This document shows, piece by piece, positions 1 through 9,946 of a stretch of 64,000 bases of DNA; within the stretch, counting starts at the first letter, position 1; each line of letters starts with the position of its first letter. The notes under the pieces were generated by a model that was given only the letters and a program-made list of their open reading frames with translations, was not told the origin of the DNA and ran no database searches. Source of the stretch: an uncultured virus (IMG/VR IMGVR_UViG_3300030102_006999) (lineage: Duplodnaviria; Heunggongvirae; Uroviricota; Caudoviricetes); the IMG/VR virus record IMGVR_UViG_3300030102_006999. One strand, 5' to 3'. The position numbers and the translations under genes are program-made.

Positions 1-216
1 CTTAATATTGTACCGAGGTTTACGCAGACTTTAATTGACGTGTCCAAGTCAGACATAGGGGATGGCTTGAGTGCCAAAAACGTCAAGAGGGTCTCACTCG
101 GTCAGGAAGATGTGGGACTATTTGGCAAAAAGTTCAAGATAAGGTTGACTTCGCAAAAAACTGGAAAACAAATAGATCTAAACATAAACTTTAAAGTTGA
201 TTATAAACAAATTTAA
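1..216 (+). CDS. 5'-truncated hypothetical protein (C-terminus ...KKFKIRLTSQKTGKQIDLNINFKVDYKQI)
   Basis: Frame 1 is open from base 1 to TAA at 214-216 (translated by hand). Confidence 0.7.
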   Translation, partial: LNIVPRFTQTLIDVSKSDIGDGLSAKNVKRVSLGQEDVGLFGKKFKIRLTSQKTGKQIDLNINFKVDYKQI

Positions 217-280
217 AAACAAAAGTTTTTTGAAAACTAACTATTTTAGATACTAATTATAGAGAAAGGAAAGGAAACAC

Positions 281-1213
281 ATGGCTTTTTTAGATAATAG
301 CGGCGATATCATTCTTGATGCCGTATTAACAGATACGGGTCGAGCAAGGCTCGCAAAAGGAGATGGGACATTTCGCATTGCTAAATTTGCGTTAGGTGAT
401 GACGAGATTGACTATGGCCAATACGATAAACAAAACCCAAGCGGTTCTGCTTATTATGATTTACAAATTTTACAAACCCCAGTATTGGAGGCTTTTACTA
501 ACAATACGGCTACAATGAACTCTAAGTTAATTTCTATCTCTAGAACTAACTTGCTTTATTTACCATCTTTGGTGTTAAATGAAGTATTTGGAGGCACCGG
601 TGCCATCAATGCTTCTTCAACGGCTAGAAACCCGACTCTTGGCGTCTTTTATGTCGCTGTGGACGATGATACAAGCACTTCTTTGGCAAACGTTAAAGGT
701 GTACTTAATGGAGTCGATGGAAGCGGAGATAATTATATTAGAGTAGACCAAGGTTTGGACAGTGATGAAGTATCTCCGCAAAGAGAGCTTGATGCCGACT
801 TGGTAGAAACTCAATATTTAATCGAGATGGATACACGCCTCGGAGAAATTCTTTCAAAAGATGCAGAAACTCTAGCAACCATATCATTTATTGATGATGA
901 TCAGATTGCGAGCTATTATCTTTCGCTTGGCACAGATTTAAAATTTGTTGGTGAAATAACTAACAATAAGCAAATTGGACAAGGTGCTCCCGGTATGGTT
1001 ATCAAAGGCCCAAGGGGTACGAGAATCCAGTTCAAAGTACAGGCTAGTATCGACTTGAATACAAGTACTTTCTTGTTCACGCAGTTAGGATCTTTGACAT
1101 CAATCGACACAGTAGAATATTTTTATATTGACTCAAATATCAGAGTAACCGGAGTTACCACTGGAAACAGAATCGACATTCCAGTACGCTTCCTAAAGAA
1201 GAAGGACATTTAA
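281..1213 (+). CDS. Putative virion structural protein (baseplate/tail-collar related)
   Basis: SD GGAAAGGA and upstream ACTAATTA motif. N-terminus LTDTGRARLA...IAKFALGD resembles the start of phage tail-collar (DUF3751-like) domains. Confidence 0.55.
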   Translation: MAFLDNSGDIILDAVLTDTGRARLAKGDGTFRIAKFALGDDEIDYGQYDKQNPSGSAYYDLQILQTPVLEAFTNNTATMNSKLISISRTNLLYLPSLVLNEVFGGTGAINASSTARNPTLGVFYVAVDDDTSTSLANVKGVLNGVDGSGDNYIRVDQGLDSDEVSPQRELDADLVETQYLIEMDTRLGEILSKDAETLATISFIDDDQIASYYLSLGTDLKFVGEITNNKQIGQGAPGMVIKGPRGTRIQFKVQASIDLNTSTFLFTQLGSLTSIDTVEYFYIDSNIRVTGVTTGNRIDIPVRFLKKKDI

Positions 1214-1214
1214 A

Positions 1215-2183
1215 ATGGCAACAGTATTTAAGAATTTATTAAGCAGTGATGTGGCTACTACAAGAACTCTATTGAATGAGGCAATCCCGATTACTGGGTC
1301 TATTGTTTCTGGAACTTATAGCGATCTAAACATCAAAAACTACGCACACGGAATGTTTCAAAGTGTTTACGACTATCCTTTCTTGAGTTCTTCCGCAAAT
1401 CATATTTTTGATATCACCTATGGATACTCCAGCACTCTATCTTCTTCTTTGAGCGCCCAGAACGCTAAAAAGTTGAACATATATAATCAAATGGCTCAAG
1501 TTCTTGTAGGGTACGGAGTAACAGGAAACGTTAGAAAATTTGATAGAGACGGAGATTTGACAGGAGGAGACAAGATTGAAAGCTGTGTGTTTTTAAACTA
1601 TTCTCGCCTCTTGGTGAAAGACGAAATTAAAAAAGGTAGTTACAGTATTACTTTATCCGGCTCAACGGGATTAAAAACTTTGGCAGATTATGGGGCTGAA
1701 AATGACTATAGAGTCAACTCTCCATCGGGAGAATATGGTGTATTATACACATCATCTGCAGCAGTCGCCGGCACAGGCGTGGGTCTAATTTATTATCAAG
1801 CTGGAGTGGCTGTTATCACTGCATCGGCAGATATCTTTGCAGGCGCAGCAGACTACGCTGTGACAAACCAGATCAGCTCTTCTGCTGATGATGTAAGAAG
1901 ATGCTGGGAAGATAACCTGTTGAATAACACTACAGAACTCAACAGTACGATCTATTTCTGCAGAGCCAATAATGGAGAATTTAACTACTCTTCTAATCCA
2001 ACATACTTGAGCGGCAGTAAGATTGTAACTAAAAACGTATCTTCTGATCCATCAGTGGCTTACATCACTTCGGTTGGTCTTTACTCGGCAGATAATGAGT
2101 TACTTGCAGTTGCTAAGTTGAGCGAGCCTCTTAAGAAAGATCAAACAAATGAGCTTACCTTAAGAGTCAGATTGGACTACTAA
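1215..2183 (+). CDS. Putative virion structural protein (baseplate/fibre attachment)
   Basis: C-terminal YITSVGLYSADNELLAVAKLSEPLKK...LDY motif; paralogous to the next gene. Confidence 0.55.
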   Translation: MATVFKNLLSSDVATTRTLLNEAIPITGSIVSGTYSDLNIKNYAHGMFQSVYDYPFLSSSANHIFDITYGYSSTLSSSLSAQNAKKLNIYNQMAQVLVGYGVTGNVRKFDRDGDLTGGDKIESCVFLNYSRLLVKDEIKKGSYSITLSGSTGLKTLADYGAENDYRVNSPSGEYGVLYTSSAAVAGTGVGLIYYQAGVAVITASADIFAGAADYAVTNQISSSADDVRRCWEDNLLNNTTELNSTIYFCRANNGEFNYSSNPTYLSGSKIVTKNVSSDPSVAYITSVGLYSADNELLAVAKLSEPLKKDQTNELTLRVRLDY

Positions 2184-2190
2184 AAATGTC

Positions 2191-3357
2191 ATGCCATATA
2201 AGAAGTTTAGCCAAAGCGATGTTATTTATAACACCATAGAGACAAATCCAAAAGTATCTTTATCGATATATGATAGCAAAATTTATAAACAAAATAAGCC
2301 TCAAATATCAGGAGAATTTGTGGAGAGCGTCCCAAACGCGCCACCCGGAAATATATCTCTTTATGAGCTTAATGTTGATAGAACGGAGTCAGATACTGGC
2401 TTAATCTATCCTTTTGTTACAAAAAATGGAACTCTATCCAGTTTTAAAACTATATCAACATCAAATTTTAACTCTGATTTTCTATATGGAGATACAATAA
2501 CTGGGTCATATCCGCTGACGGCCTCTATTTCTAGAAAGTATTATCCGGCAGGGCCTCTACCTCCAAGGCCGTATGTATACGCGCTGAAAAATACTCTAAA
2601 CTACTATAAACATATTAGTAAACACTACGCATATAGTTCAAGCATGGGAGATAAATCCACTCAAGAGTTGAACTTGATTTCAGTTCCCTCAATATTCTAT
2701 GGGTCATCTATTAAGAAAGGTTCGATAGATTTAAAATTTTATATCTCGGGCACTCTCATAGGAAGACTGCAAGATAAAAATTACAATGGAGAGCTTATTC
2801 AGACTGGCCCATCAGGAAGTGTTGGTTCCGGTTCTGTCGCCGGCGTTGCTTTATATAATCAGGGATTCATCGCACTGACTGGATCTTGGGAGCTTGATAC
2901 TACGCCTAGAAATTATCTTAATGATATAACTAATCAAGTTCCATCTTCGTGGCTAGTTTACGGAGTGGGCGCCAATGACGGAAATCCGTCCGGAATCGTT
3001 CCTTCTTCTAGTTACGATATGACTTTTGAAGGAACAAATTATATCCCGACTGTTACTATGTTGGCCCATGCTGATAAAGGTGAAATGAACCATTCGAATA
3101 ATCCTACCTTTATAATCAGCGGCTCGACACCGATTTTTTCTGGTTCTAGTACTTTTATAGAGCCGGAGAGAGAAATAAAGAATACTGTTAAATCGTTGTA
3201 TGTTGCTCCGACAGCATCTTTCGAAAAGACAACATATATATCAAAAATTGGCATATATGATGAAAACAAAAACTTAATAGGCATTGCATCTGTTGCTCGC
3301 CCTGTTAAGAAAAAAGAAGATCAGCAGTATACTTTTAAATTAAAAATGGATTTCTAA
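2191..3357 (+). CDS. Putative virion structural protein, paralogue of 1215..2183
   Basis: Shares GVxxYxxG, NxSxNPT and the C-terminal YISKIGIYDENKNLIGIASVARPVKK...MDF motif. Confidence 0.55.
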   Translation: MPYKKFSQSDVIYNTIETNPKVSLSIYDSKIYKQNKPQISGEFVESVPNAPPGNISLYELNVDRTESDTGLIYPFVTKNGTLSSFKTISTSNFNSDFLYGDTITGSYPLTASISRKYYPAGPLPPRPYVYALKNTLNYYKHISKHYAYSSSMGDKSTQELNLISVPSIFYGSSIKKGSIDLKFYISGTLIGRLQDKNYNGELIQTGPSGSVGSGSVAGVALYNQGFIALTGSWELDTTPRNYLNDITNQVPSSWLVYGVGANDGNPSGIVPSSSYDMTFEGTNYIPTVTMLAHADKGEMNHSNNPTFIISGSTPIFSGSSTFIEPEREIKNTVKSLYVAPTASFEKTTYISKIGIYDENKNLIGIASVARPVKKKEDQQYTFKLKMDF

Positions 3358-3358
3358 T

Positions 3359-3880
3359 ATGATTTTAGGCTTAGATATAAGCACAAGCATTATCGGTGTT
3401 TGTGTTTTAGATAACGGAAAAATAGTCAAAACAGACTATATCGATTTAAGAAAGGTGGGTGGATTTTTTGAAAAAGCAAAAAAGACCCAAGAAACCTTAA
3501 ACGAAATACATAAAGAATACAATATTGAAAATATCTTTATCGAGCAAGCCCTTATGTTTTTCAGAAAAGGCGGTTCAACAGCCAAAACCATGTCAACACT
3601 CCAGAGATTTAACGGCATAATTTCTTGGATATGTTATGAACTTTTCTCAAAAGAGCCAGAATATATAACACCAATATCTGCCAGATCTAAGTGTAACATT
3701 AAGGTCCCAAGAGGATCCAAGGCAAAAGATGTCGTTATGGATCATTTCTTGGAAACAAAAGAGTTTGAAGTAGATTATACAAGATATGGAAATATTCAAA
3801 AATATTGTTATGATATAGCAGACGCTGTTATTGTTGCGAAAGCAGGACACTATTTATTGCAGGAGAATTTGGAAAATTAA
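3359..3880 (+). CDS. ruvC: RuvC-like Holliday junction resolvase
   Basis: MILGLDISTSIIG (first Asp), IFIEQ, and C-terminal DIADA acidic motifs of the RuvC/RNase H fold. Confidence 0.8.
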   Translation: MILGLDISTSIIGVCVLDNGKIVKTDYIDLRKVGGFFEKAKKTQETLNEIHKEYNIENIFIEQALMFFRKGGSTAKTMSTLQRFNGIISWICYELFSKEPEYITPISARSKCNIKVPRGSKAKDVVMDHFLETKEFEVDYTRYGNIQKYCYDIADAVIVAKAGHYLLQENLEN

Positions 3881-3883
3881 TCC

Positions 3884-3912
3884 TTGACACGAGGATCATA
3901 ACGTGCTATATT
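3884..3912 (+). promoter_or_regulatory. Sigma70-type promoter (TTGACA-17-TATATT, extended TG) of primase
   Basis: TTGACA 3884-3889, TG 3904-3905, TATATT 3907-3912. Confidence 0.75.
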
Positions 3913-3918
3913 AATAAC

Positions 3919-4842
3919 ATGCACGAGAAGTTAGTCATTTTAACTGATGTTTTGGGTTCAAGCTATAAATCTGGAGGAGAACTCCTATTCAAGTGCCCAT
4001 ACTGCAAGCATCACAAGCGAAAGCTTTCGGTAAACGTAGAAAAAGGTGTTTACAAATGTTGGATTTGTGATGCCCGGGGAACAAAACTTTCGAGAATCGT
4101 TCGAAGATTTGGTACTTTTAATGATTACCAAGCATGGAAAAACATATCCGGTGAAAAAACTAACTTAAGTGATTTTGATTCAATCTTTGAAGAGAAATTT
4201 GAAGTCAAAGAAAGACAAATCATAGAAATGCCAGAATCATTTGTAAGCCTATGCAATCAGAACCCTTCCAAAGTGGTCACTCGATATTTAAAAACCAGAG
4301 GCATCAAAAAGCCAGATATTTTGAAATGGAAAATGGGCTACTGCACCAAAGGAAGATACAAAGATAGAGTCATTATACCATCTTTTGATACGCAAGGCAA
4401 CTTAAATTATTTTATAGCCAGAACTTTTACAGATCAATATATGAGATACTTAAATCCACCAGCAGGAAGAGACATTATTTTTAATGAGCTTTACTTAGAT
4501 TTTGAAAAAGAAATAACTTTAGTAGAAGGAGTTTTCGATGCAATCAAAGCAGAAAATGCTGTACCATTGCTTGGTTCAACCTTGAGAGAATCATCTAATC
4601 TTTTCAAGAAGATTGTCGAATTTGACACACCAATATTATTGGCACTTGATCCAGATGCAGAGAAAAAATCAACTTATATTAAGAATTTGTTATTAAAATA
4701 TGGAATAGAAGTTAGAGAACTCCAATACCCTGATAGTAGGGATCTTGGGGAAATGTCAAAAGAAGAAGTTAGAATTTTAAGCACCGCAGCGCCATTTATA
4801 AGAGAGTACGACACTCTCTTATTAGCCATCTCGTCTTTATAG
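3919..4842 (+). CDS. DNA primase (zinc finger + TOPRIM)
   Basis: CPYC...CWIC zinc finger, YLKTRGI, RVIIP, LVEGVFDAI, LALDPDA. Confidence 0.9.
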   Translation: MHEKLVILTDVLGSSYKSGGELLFKCPYCKHHKRKLSVNVEKGVYKCWICDARGTKLSRIVRRFGTFNDYQAWKNISGEKTNLSDFDSIFEEKFEVKERQIIEMPESFVSLCNQNPSKVVTRYLKTRGIKKPDILKWKMGYCTKGRYKDRVIIPSFDTQGNLNYFIARTFTDQYMRYLNPPAGRDIIFNELYLDFEKEITLVEGVFDAIKAENAVPLLGSTLRESSNLFKKIVEFDTPILLALDPDAEKKSTYIKNLLLKYGIEVRELQYPDSRDLGEMSKEEVRILSTAAPFIREYDTLLLAISSL

Positions 4843-4853
4843 GAGAATATACT

Positions 4854-7800
4854 TTGAAGTTTGCTCACATTGCAGATACACATATTAAAAATTTAAAATA
4901 TCATTGGGAATACAATATTATCTTTGATAAAATTTACGAAACTTTAAAGAAAGAAAAAGTAGATTATATCGTACATTGTGGAGACATCGCACACACAAAG
5001 ACACAAATCTCACCAGAGTTTGTAGAAATGTGTTCTGCTTTTTTGAGCAATTTGGCAGATATTGCTCCGACATATGTTATTTTGGGAAATCACGATGGGA
5101 ATTTAAGAAACTCTAATCGCCAAGATGCGATTTCTCCCATTGCAGAGGCCCTTGATCACCCAAATCTTCATCTTTTGAAGAATTCTGGAGAGACTAGCCT
5201 AGACGACAGATTTTCTTTAAATGTCTTATCAGTATTTGACGAAGAAAACTGGGTAGACCCTTCAGACAAAAATAAAATCAATATCGCGCTTTATCATGGC
5301 TCTATTTCTGGAGTCGTAACGGATACTGGTTGGGTTATGGATCACGGAGAGCACCCAATCGACATCTTCGACGGTCACGATTACGGATTTTTGGGGGATA
5401 TTCACAAAACAAATCAAATCTTAGACGAAGAAGGCAAAATTCGATATGCAGGCTCTACCGTCCAACAGAACCATGGCGAATCAAATGATAAGGGCTTTCT
5501 GCTTTGGAATATTCAAGATAAAGATTCATACAGCTGCAAGCACATAGAAATTAAAAATCCCAAACCATTTGTTACTATTAACTTGACACCAAAAGGAAAA
5601 ATGCCAAAGGGTACAAAAGTCCCTAGCAACTGTCGCTTGCGATTGGTTTCAAAGAACAACCTTCCTCTTGGTGTTATGAGAAAGGCAATTGAAGTAGCAA
5701 AGAGAAGGTTTAAGCCTGAAACTGTGACATTTTTGAACAGAGCTGCAGGACAAAGAGGTTCTGTTGAAGAATCAACGGAAGGTCTAAAAGTAGAAGATTT
5801 AAGAAATGTTGAAATCCAAGAAAAACTAATTAGAGAGTATCTTGAGGATTTTGAAGTAGAGGAAGATCTGATGAAAAAGGTCTTAGACTTAAATCTTCGT
5901 TATAACAAAATCGCCGAAGAAAACGAAGAAGTGTCAAGAAATGTCAATTGGAAGATAAGATCTCTAGAGTGGGACAATCTGTTTAACTATGGCAAAGGGA
6001 ACTCTATTAACTTCGACAATTTAGAGGGAATCGTGGGTATTTTTGGAAAGAACTTTTCCGGAAAATCTAGTATTATTGATTCTTTATTATATACAGTATA
6101 TAACTCTACTTCCAAGAATGATAGAAAGAATCTAAATATCATTAATCAAAATATGGACGCCGGCGTCGGAAAAGTTAAGATTTCGATTGGAGACAAGGAC
6201 TATTATATAGAGAGAACATCAGAAAAATACGTCAAAAAGCTAAAAGGAGAAACGACACTAGAGGCAAAAACTGATGTGGAATTTAACTGTTATGATCCCT
6301 ATGTCGATAATATCGAGAGCCAAAACGGCCTAACGAGAAGCAAAACGGATAAGAACATTAGAAAGCTTTTTGGAACATTGGATGACTTTTTGTGTTCTTC
6401 GATGGCATCCCAACTAGATTCACTAACTTTTATTAAAGAGGGATCTACAAAGAGAAAAGAAATTTTAGCCAAATTCTTAGATCTTGAGTTTTTTGAGAAG
6501 AAATATAAGTTGGCAAAAGAAGAGGCTTCTGATACAAAGGGAGCTTTAAGGAAGTTAGATGGACGTGATTTCGATGCCGAACTGGAAGAGGCTCAAGAAG
6601 ATCTTGAGGTAGCCAATAATGATCTTGACGATAAAAAGAAATCTTGCGAATCGATAAATCAGGAAATAAAAGCTTGCAACAAAGAGATATTAGAGCTAGA
6701 TGAAAAAATTAAATCAATACCAGCAGAATTAATCGATGTGATGAAAGTCCAAAGAGAACTGCAGGATAAGAAGAGTGAAGTCATTTCTTCTTCTGAAGAA
6801 ATTGAGGAACTCTCCAAAAAAAGAGACGCAGATCGTCAGACATATCAGAGAATATTAGACTTTGAATCTCAATATGACCAGAAAGCACTTTTTGAAAAGC
6901 AAGAAACAGCAAACGAGCTTCTTGAAGAACTGACTCTTCTTGAAAAAACCCTTTTGGACCAAGAAGGTGAACTGGCTAGAAACAACAAAAAAATAAAAAT
7001 GCTCGAAGGCCACGAATATGACCCAGATTGCAAATATTGTTGTGAAAACCCATTTGTCAAAGACGCATATATAGCAAAAGGTAAGCTTCCTAAGACTCAA
7101 AATGAAGTGTGTAGATTGCAGGGATCAATTGAAGATTTAAAAGACGAGCTAAAAGAAATAGATCCGGAAGAAGTAGAAGATCATGTAAATAAATATAATG
7201 CCCTAATTAACAGAAAGAACTCCTTATCTAATCAAATCACAACTTACGACTTGCAAATTGAAAAGAATGAATCAATCATAAAGGGAATAATGGTAGAAAT
7301 TTCTTCAATAGAAGATAAGTTGTCTGAATATGAACTCAATAAAGAGACTATTGAAAATCTTGAATCTTTAAATAAGAAAATGAAAAATCTTAAGTTCAAG
7401 CTAGCGAAACTTGAAAGTAAGCATTCGAAATGCAATATCTCTGTATTAAACTTATACAAGGAAGTAGGTTCTTTAGAGCGTACGCTGACATTTTTAGAAG
7501 AACAAAAAGATCAATTTTTGTCACTACAAGAAGAACATTCGGCAGCTGACTTATATCAGCGATGTATGCACCCAAATGGAATTGCTTATGATGTAATTAA
7601 GAAAAAACTACCAGTAATTAATGAAGAAATCGCTAAAATATTAGCAAATATTGTAGACTTTGAAGTATTTTTTGAAGATGATGGAAAGAGATTAGATATC
7701 TTTATTAAGCATCCTTCTTATGATCCTAGACCTCTTGAAATGGGCTCCGGAGCAGAAAAAACAATCGCTGCCATGGCAATCCGATTATCTCTCCTTAGCG

Positions 7801-8015
7801 TATCTAGTTTGCCAAAGTCTGATCTTTTTATTCTGGACGAACCCGGAACAGCGCTTGATGAAGAAAATATGCATGGATTTATTCAAATTCTTGATCTTAT
7901 AAAATCTTATTTCAAGACTGTATTGCTTATTTCTCACCTAGACAGCCTTAAGGACTGTGTAGACATGCAGATTACTATTGATAAGAAAAATGGCTACGCT
8001 TCGGTTAATGTCTGA
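4854..8015 (+). CDS. Fused SbcD/Mre11 nuclease - SbcC/Rad50 ATPase (gp47-gp46-like)
   Basis: Metallophosphoesterase motifs ADTH, HCGD, GNHD, GDIH; Walker A GKNFSGKSS; coiled coil with CKYC zinc hook; GSGAE signature, FILDEP Walker B, ISH. TTG start after AGGAG. Confidence 0.92.
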   Translation: MKFAHIADTHIKNLKYHWEYNIIFDKIYETLKKEKVDYIVHCGDIAHTKTQISPEFVEMCSAFLSNLADIAPTYVILGNHDGNLRNSNRQDAISPIAEALDHPNLHLLKNSGETSLDDRFSLNVLSVFDEENWVDPSDKNKINIALYHGSISGVVTDTGWVMDHGEHPIDIFDGHDYGFLGDIHKTNQILDEEGKIRYAGSTVQQNHGESNDKGFLLWNIQDKDSYSCKHIEIKNPKPFVTINLTPKGKMPKGTKVPSNCRLRLVSKNNLPLGVMRKAIEVAKRRFKPETVTFLNRAAGQRGSVEESTEGLKVEDLRNVEIQEKLIREYLEDFEVEEDLMKKVLDLNLRYNKIAEENEEVSRNVNWKIRSLEWDNLFNYGKGNSINFDNLEGIVGIFGKNFSGKSSIIDSLLYTVYNSTSKNDRKNLNIINQNMDAGVGKVKISIGDKDYYIERTSEKYVKKLKGETTLEAKTDVEFNCYDPYVDNIESQNGLTRSKTDKNIRKLFGTLDDFLCSSMASQLDSLTFIKEGSTKRKEILAKFLDLEFFEKKYKLAKEEASDTKGALRKLDGRDFDAELEEAQEDLEVANNDLDDKKKSCESINQEIKACNKEILELDEKIKSIPAELIDVMKVQRELQDKKSEVISSSEEIEELSKKRDADRQTYQRILDFESQYDQKALFEKQETANELLEELTLLEKTLLDQEGELARNNKKIKMLEGHEYDPDCKYCCENPFVKDAYIAKGKLPKTQNEVCRLQGSIEDLKDELKEIDPEEVEDHVNKYNALINRKNSLSNQITTYDLQIEKNESIIKGIMVEISSIEDKLSEYELNKETIENLESLNKKMKNLKFKLAKLESKHSKCNISVLNLYKEVGSLERTLTFLEEQKDQFLSLQEEHSAADLYQRCMHPNGIAYDVIKKKLPVINEEIAKILANIVDFEVFFEDDGKRLDIFIKHPSYDPRPLEMGSGAEKTIAAMAIRLSLLSVSSLPKSDLFILDEPGTALDEENMHGFIQILDLIKSYFKTVLLISHLDSLKDCVDMQITIDKKNGYASVNV

Positions 8016-8041
8016 CTAATTAAATCCAAATAGGAGGGTTT

Positions 8042-8242
8042 ATGACAATGACACAAATGGCTAAAGGCGCACTTGATAAAGTTTTAGAAAAAGCTGTATC
8101 TAGGAAACTGTTAGTATGGGGAATGGCAACAGGACTTTTATTCACAGGTAATTTAGAAAGCGAGCACTGGCTTTATTTAAGTGCTTTGTATATCGGTGGA
8201 CAATCAGTCATCGATGCAATCGTTAGATTAAAAGGGGTATAA
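8042..8242 (+). CDS. Putative holin-like small membrane protein
   Basis: 66 aa, SRKL followed by two hydrophobic segments, SD AGGAGG, upstream ACTAATTA. Confidence 0.5.
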   Translation: MTMTQMAKGALDKVLEKAVSRKLLVWGMATGLLFTGNLESEHWLYLSALYIGGQSVIDAIVRLKGV

Positions 8243-8243
8243 G

Positions 8244-8645
8244 TTGATTAAAATCAATTTTGGAGAAATCCTTAAAATAGTGGGACCTTTCATTTCCAAA
8301 AACTGGCAAATGATTGGTCTCATTTTCATGATTATATTATTTTTTATGACGAGAAATGATTATGCTGCATTAAAAAAATCTATGGATGTCATGAATCAAT
8401 CCTATGAAGAACAGCTAGATTTTCTTCAATCTTTGCATGAAGAAGAAATCAAAAAAAGAGACAGTGCAATAGCTTTGTATGAACAGATACTTCTAGATAT
8501 GGAAGAGAATCATAAAGAAGATTTGGAGGCTATTTCTAGCGCTAAAGAAAAAGATATTAGAAATAATATTAAGAATTTTGAAGAACAGCCAGAAGAACTG
8601 GCTCAAGAAATAGAAAGTTTGTTTGGATTTGAATATGTTAAATAA
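8244..8645 (+). CDS. Membrane-anchored coiled-coil protein (possible i-spanin)
   Basis: N-terminal TM (MIGLIFMIILFFM) followed by a charged helical region; follows the holin-like gene. Confidence 0.4.
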   Translation: MIKINFGEILKIVGPFISKNWQMIGLIFMIILFFMTRNDYAALKKSMDVMNQSYEEQLDFLQSLHEEEIKKRDSAIALYEQILLDMEENHKEDLEAISSAKEKDIRNNIKNFEEQPEELAQEIESLFGFEYVK

Positions 8646-9066
8646 AGTGTTGTTATTATTAGTATTATCTACATCTTATGCTCTAGCTTCAGATCAGGGT
8701 AAATTTACGTTTTTGCAAGAATCCCAATGTGTTCCATTTTCGGGCACTCTTTTTGATCCAACAGCAACGGCTAAACTTTTATCTACTAGTAAATTTATGA
8801 AAGAAGAATACGAGTTAAAATTGGGATACGAGATTTCTTTAATGAAAGCGAAATACGATTTAGAGATGGAGCAGTTAAATATTTCTCTTGACATCCAGCA
8901 AAAAAAGTGTGATAATACTATATCAATCAAAGATAGAGAAATCGAAGGCTTGAATAAAATTATTGCCAAAAAGCCCGGAAAAAATGCTTTAGCATGGGGT
9001 ATTGTAGGTGGCTTTGCGGCGGGTGTAGCATCAACAATAGCCATAACTTATGCGGTGAACAAATGA
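8635..9066 (+). CDS. Exported/membrane protein with signal peptide and C-terminal TM (possible spanin partner)
   Basis: MLNKVLLLLVLSTSYALA signal, coiled coil, C-terminal ALAWGIVGGFAAGVASTIAITYAV; overlaps the previous gene. Confidence 0.4.
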   Translation: MLNKVLLLLVLSTSYALASDQGKFTFLQESQCVPFSGTLFDPTATAKLLSTSKFMKEEYELKLGYEISLMKAKYDLEMEQLNISLDIQQKKCDNTISIKDREIEGLNKIIAKKPGKNALAWGIVGGFAAGVASTIAITYAVNK

Positions 9067-9446
9067 AGAAAGACTTAAATGAAATTGCTAAATACGAAGT
9101 GGCAATATCTAAAAAATATGGAAAAGAAGCAATTCAACACCCCAAAGCAGATTGGAATGATAAAAAAGAAAAAGATTATCAGCAGCAAATCAGAGATCTT
9201 TACGAAAAAGAAAAAAAGCAAGAAGAAAAAAAAGAAAAAATTGAAATCGATGGAATTTTGATTTCTAAAAAACTATTTAGTAAGGATAGCAATAGAAATT
9301 GTCCTGTATGCGAAGCTTATTCTTTTGATTTAAAAGATGACGTGTATATGACAAAGTTTGGTTGTTGTTTTAAGTGCTACATACAATGGGTTGAAGGCAG
9401 GGAAGACAGATGGTCATCCGGCTGGCGCCCATTTCAAGAGGGATAA
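9063..9446 (+). CDS. Hypothetical zinc-binding protein
   Basis: Start reassigned to ATG 9063 (ATGA overlap); CPVC...CCFKC. Confidence 0.65.
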   Translation: MKKDLNEIAKYEVAISKKYGKEAIQHPKADWNDKKEKDYQQQIRDLYEKEKKQEEKKEKIEIDGILISKKLFSKDSNRNCPVCEAYSFDLKDDVYMTKFGCCFKCYIQWVEGREDRWSSGWRPFQEG

Positions 9447-9450
9447 AAAA

Positions 9451-9930
9451 ATGAAAATCACTAAATCAAACCTGATTGAAATCATTAAAGAAGAGATTGC
9501 TATAGTAACTACAGAAGCAAAAAAAGATAATAGACCAGATAGAGAAGAACCCGACGACGTTACTTATGTTGATGGTGTCGCAACTACAAAACCCGGCATC
9601 GGTGGCGTTCCCGATAAAGCAGGCACCGGCTCTGATATGGGCGGCGACTTTGGTATCTATGGTAGCAAAAGACAAGTAAAAGGTAATCCCTATAGAGAAT
9701 TCAATGCAGTCGAAATGGCAAAAGATATGGATATGACGCTCGAAGATCTTTTTGATGCGATGGGGCTGAAATCTTCCATGGATTTCTTCAATTTACTGCC
9801 ACCAAATACATTTATTGGTCTAATCGGCGACAGAGAAGTATACTGGGCTGGCCCAAATCAAGAAGGCACACCAAGTGGATACAAATTTTGGTCTCGCGCA
9901 AAAAGAGATAATATGAAATATGGCGAATAA
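9451..9930 (+). CDS. Hypothetical protein with MKITKSNLIEIIKEE leader (putative capsid-targeted internal protein)
   Basis: Start ATG 9451 after GAGGG; leader shared with genes at 60329, 60649 and 61031. Confidence 0.6.
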   Translation: MKITKSNLIEIIKEEIAIVTTEAKKDNRPDREEPDDVTYVDGVATTKPGIGGVPDKAGTGSDMGGDFGIYGSKRQVKGNPYREFNAVEMAKDMDMTLEDLFDAMGLKSSMDFFNLLPPNTFIGLIGDREVYWAGPNQEGTPSGYKFWSRAKRDNMKYGE

Positions 9931-9946
9931 TTAAAGGAATAATAAA

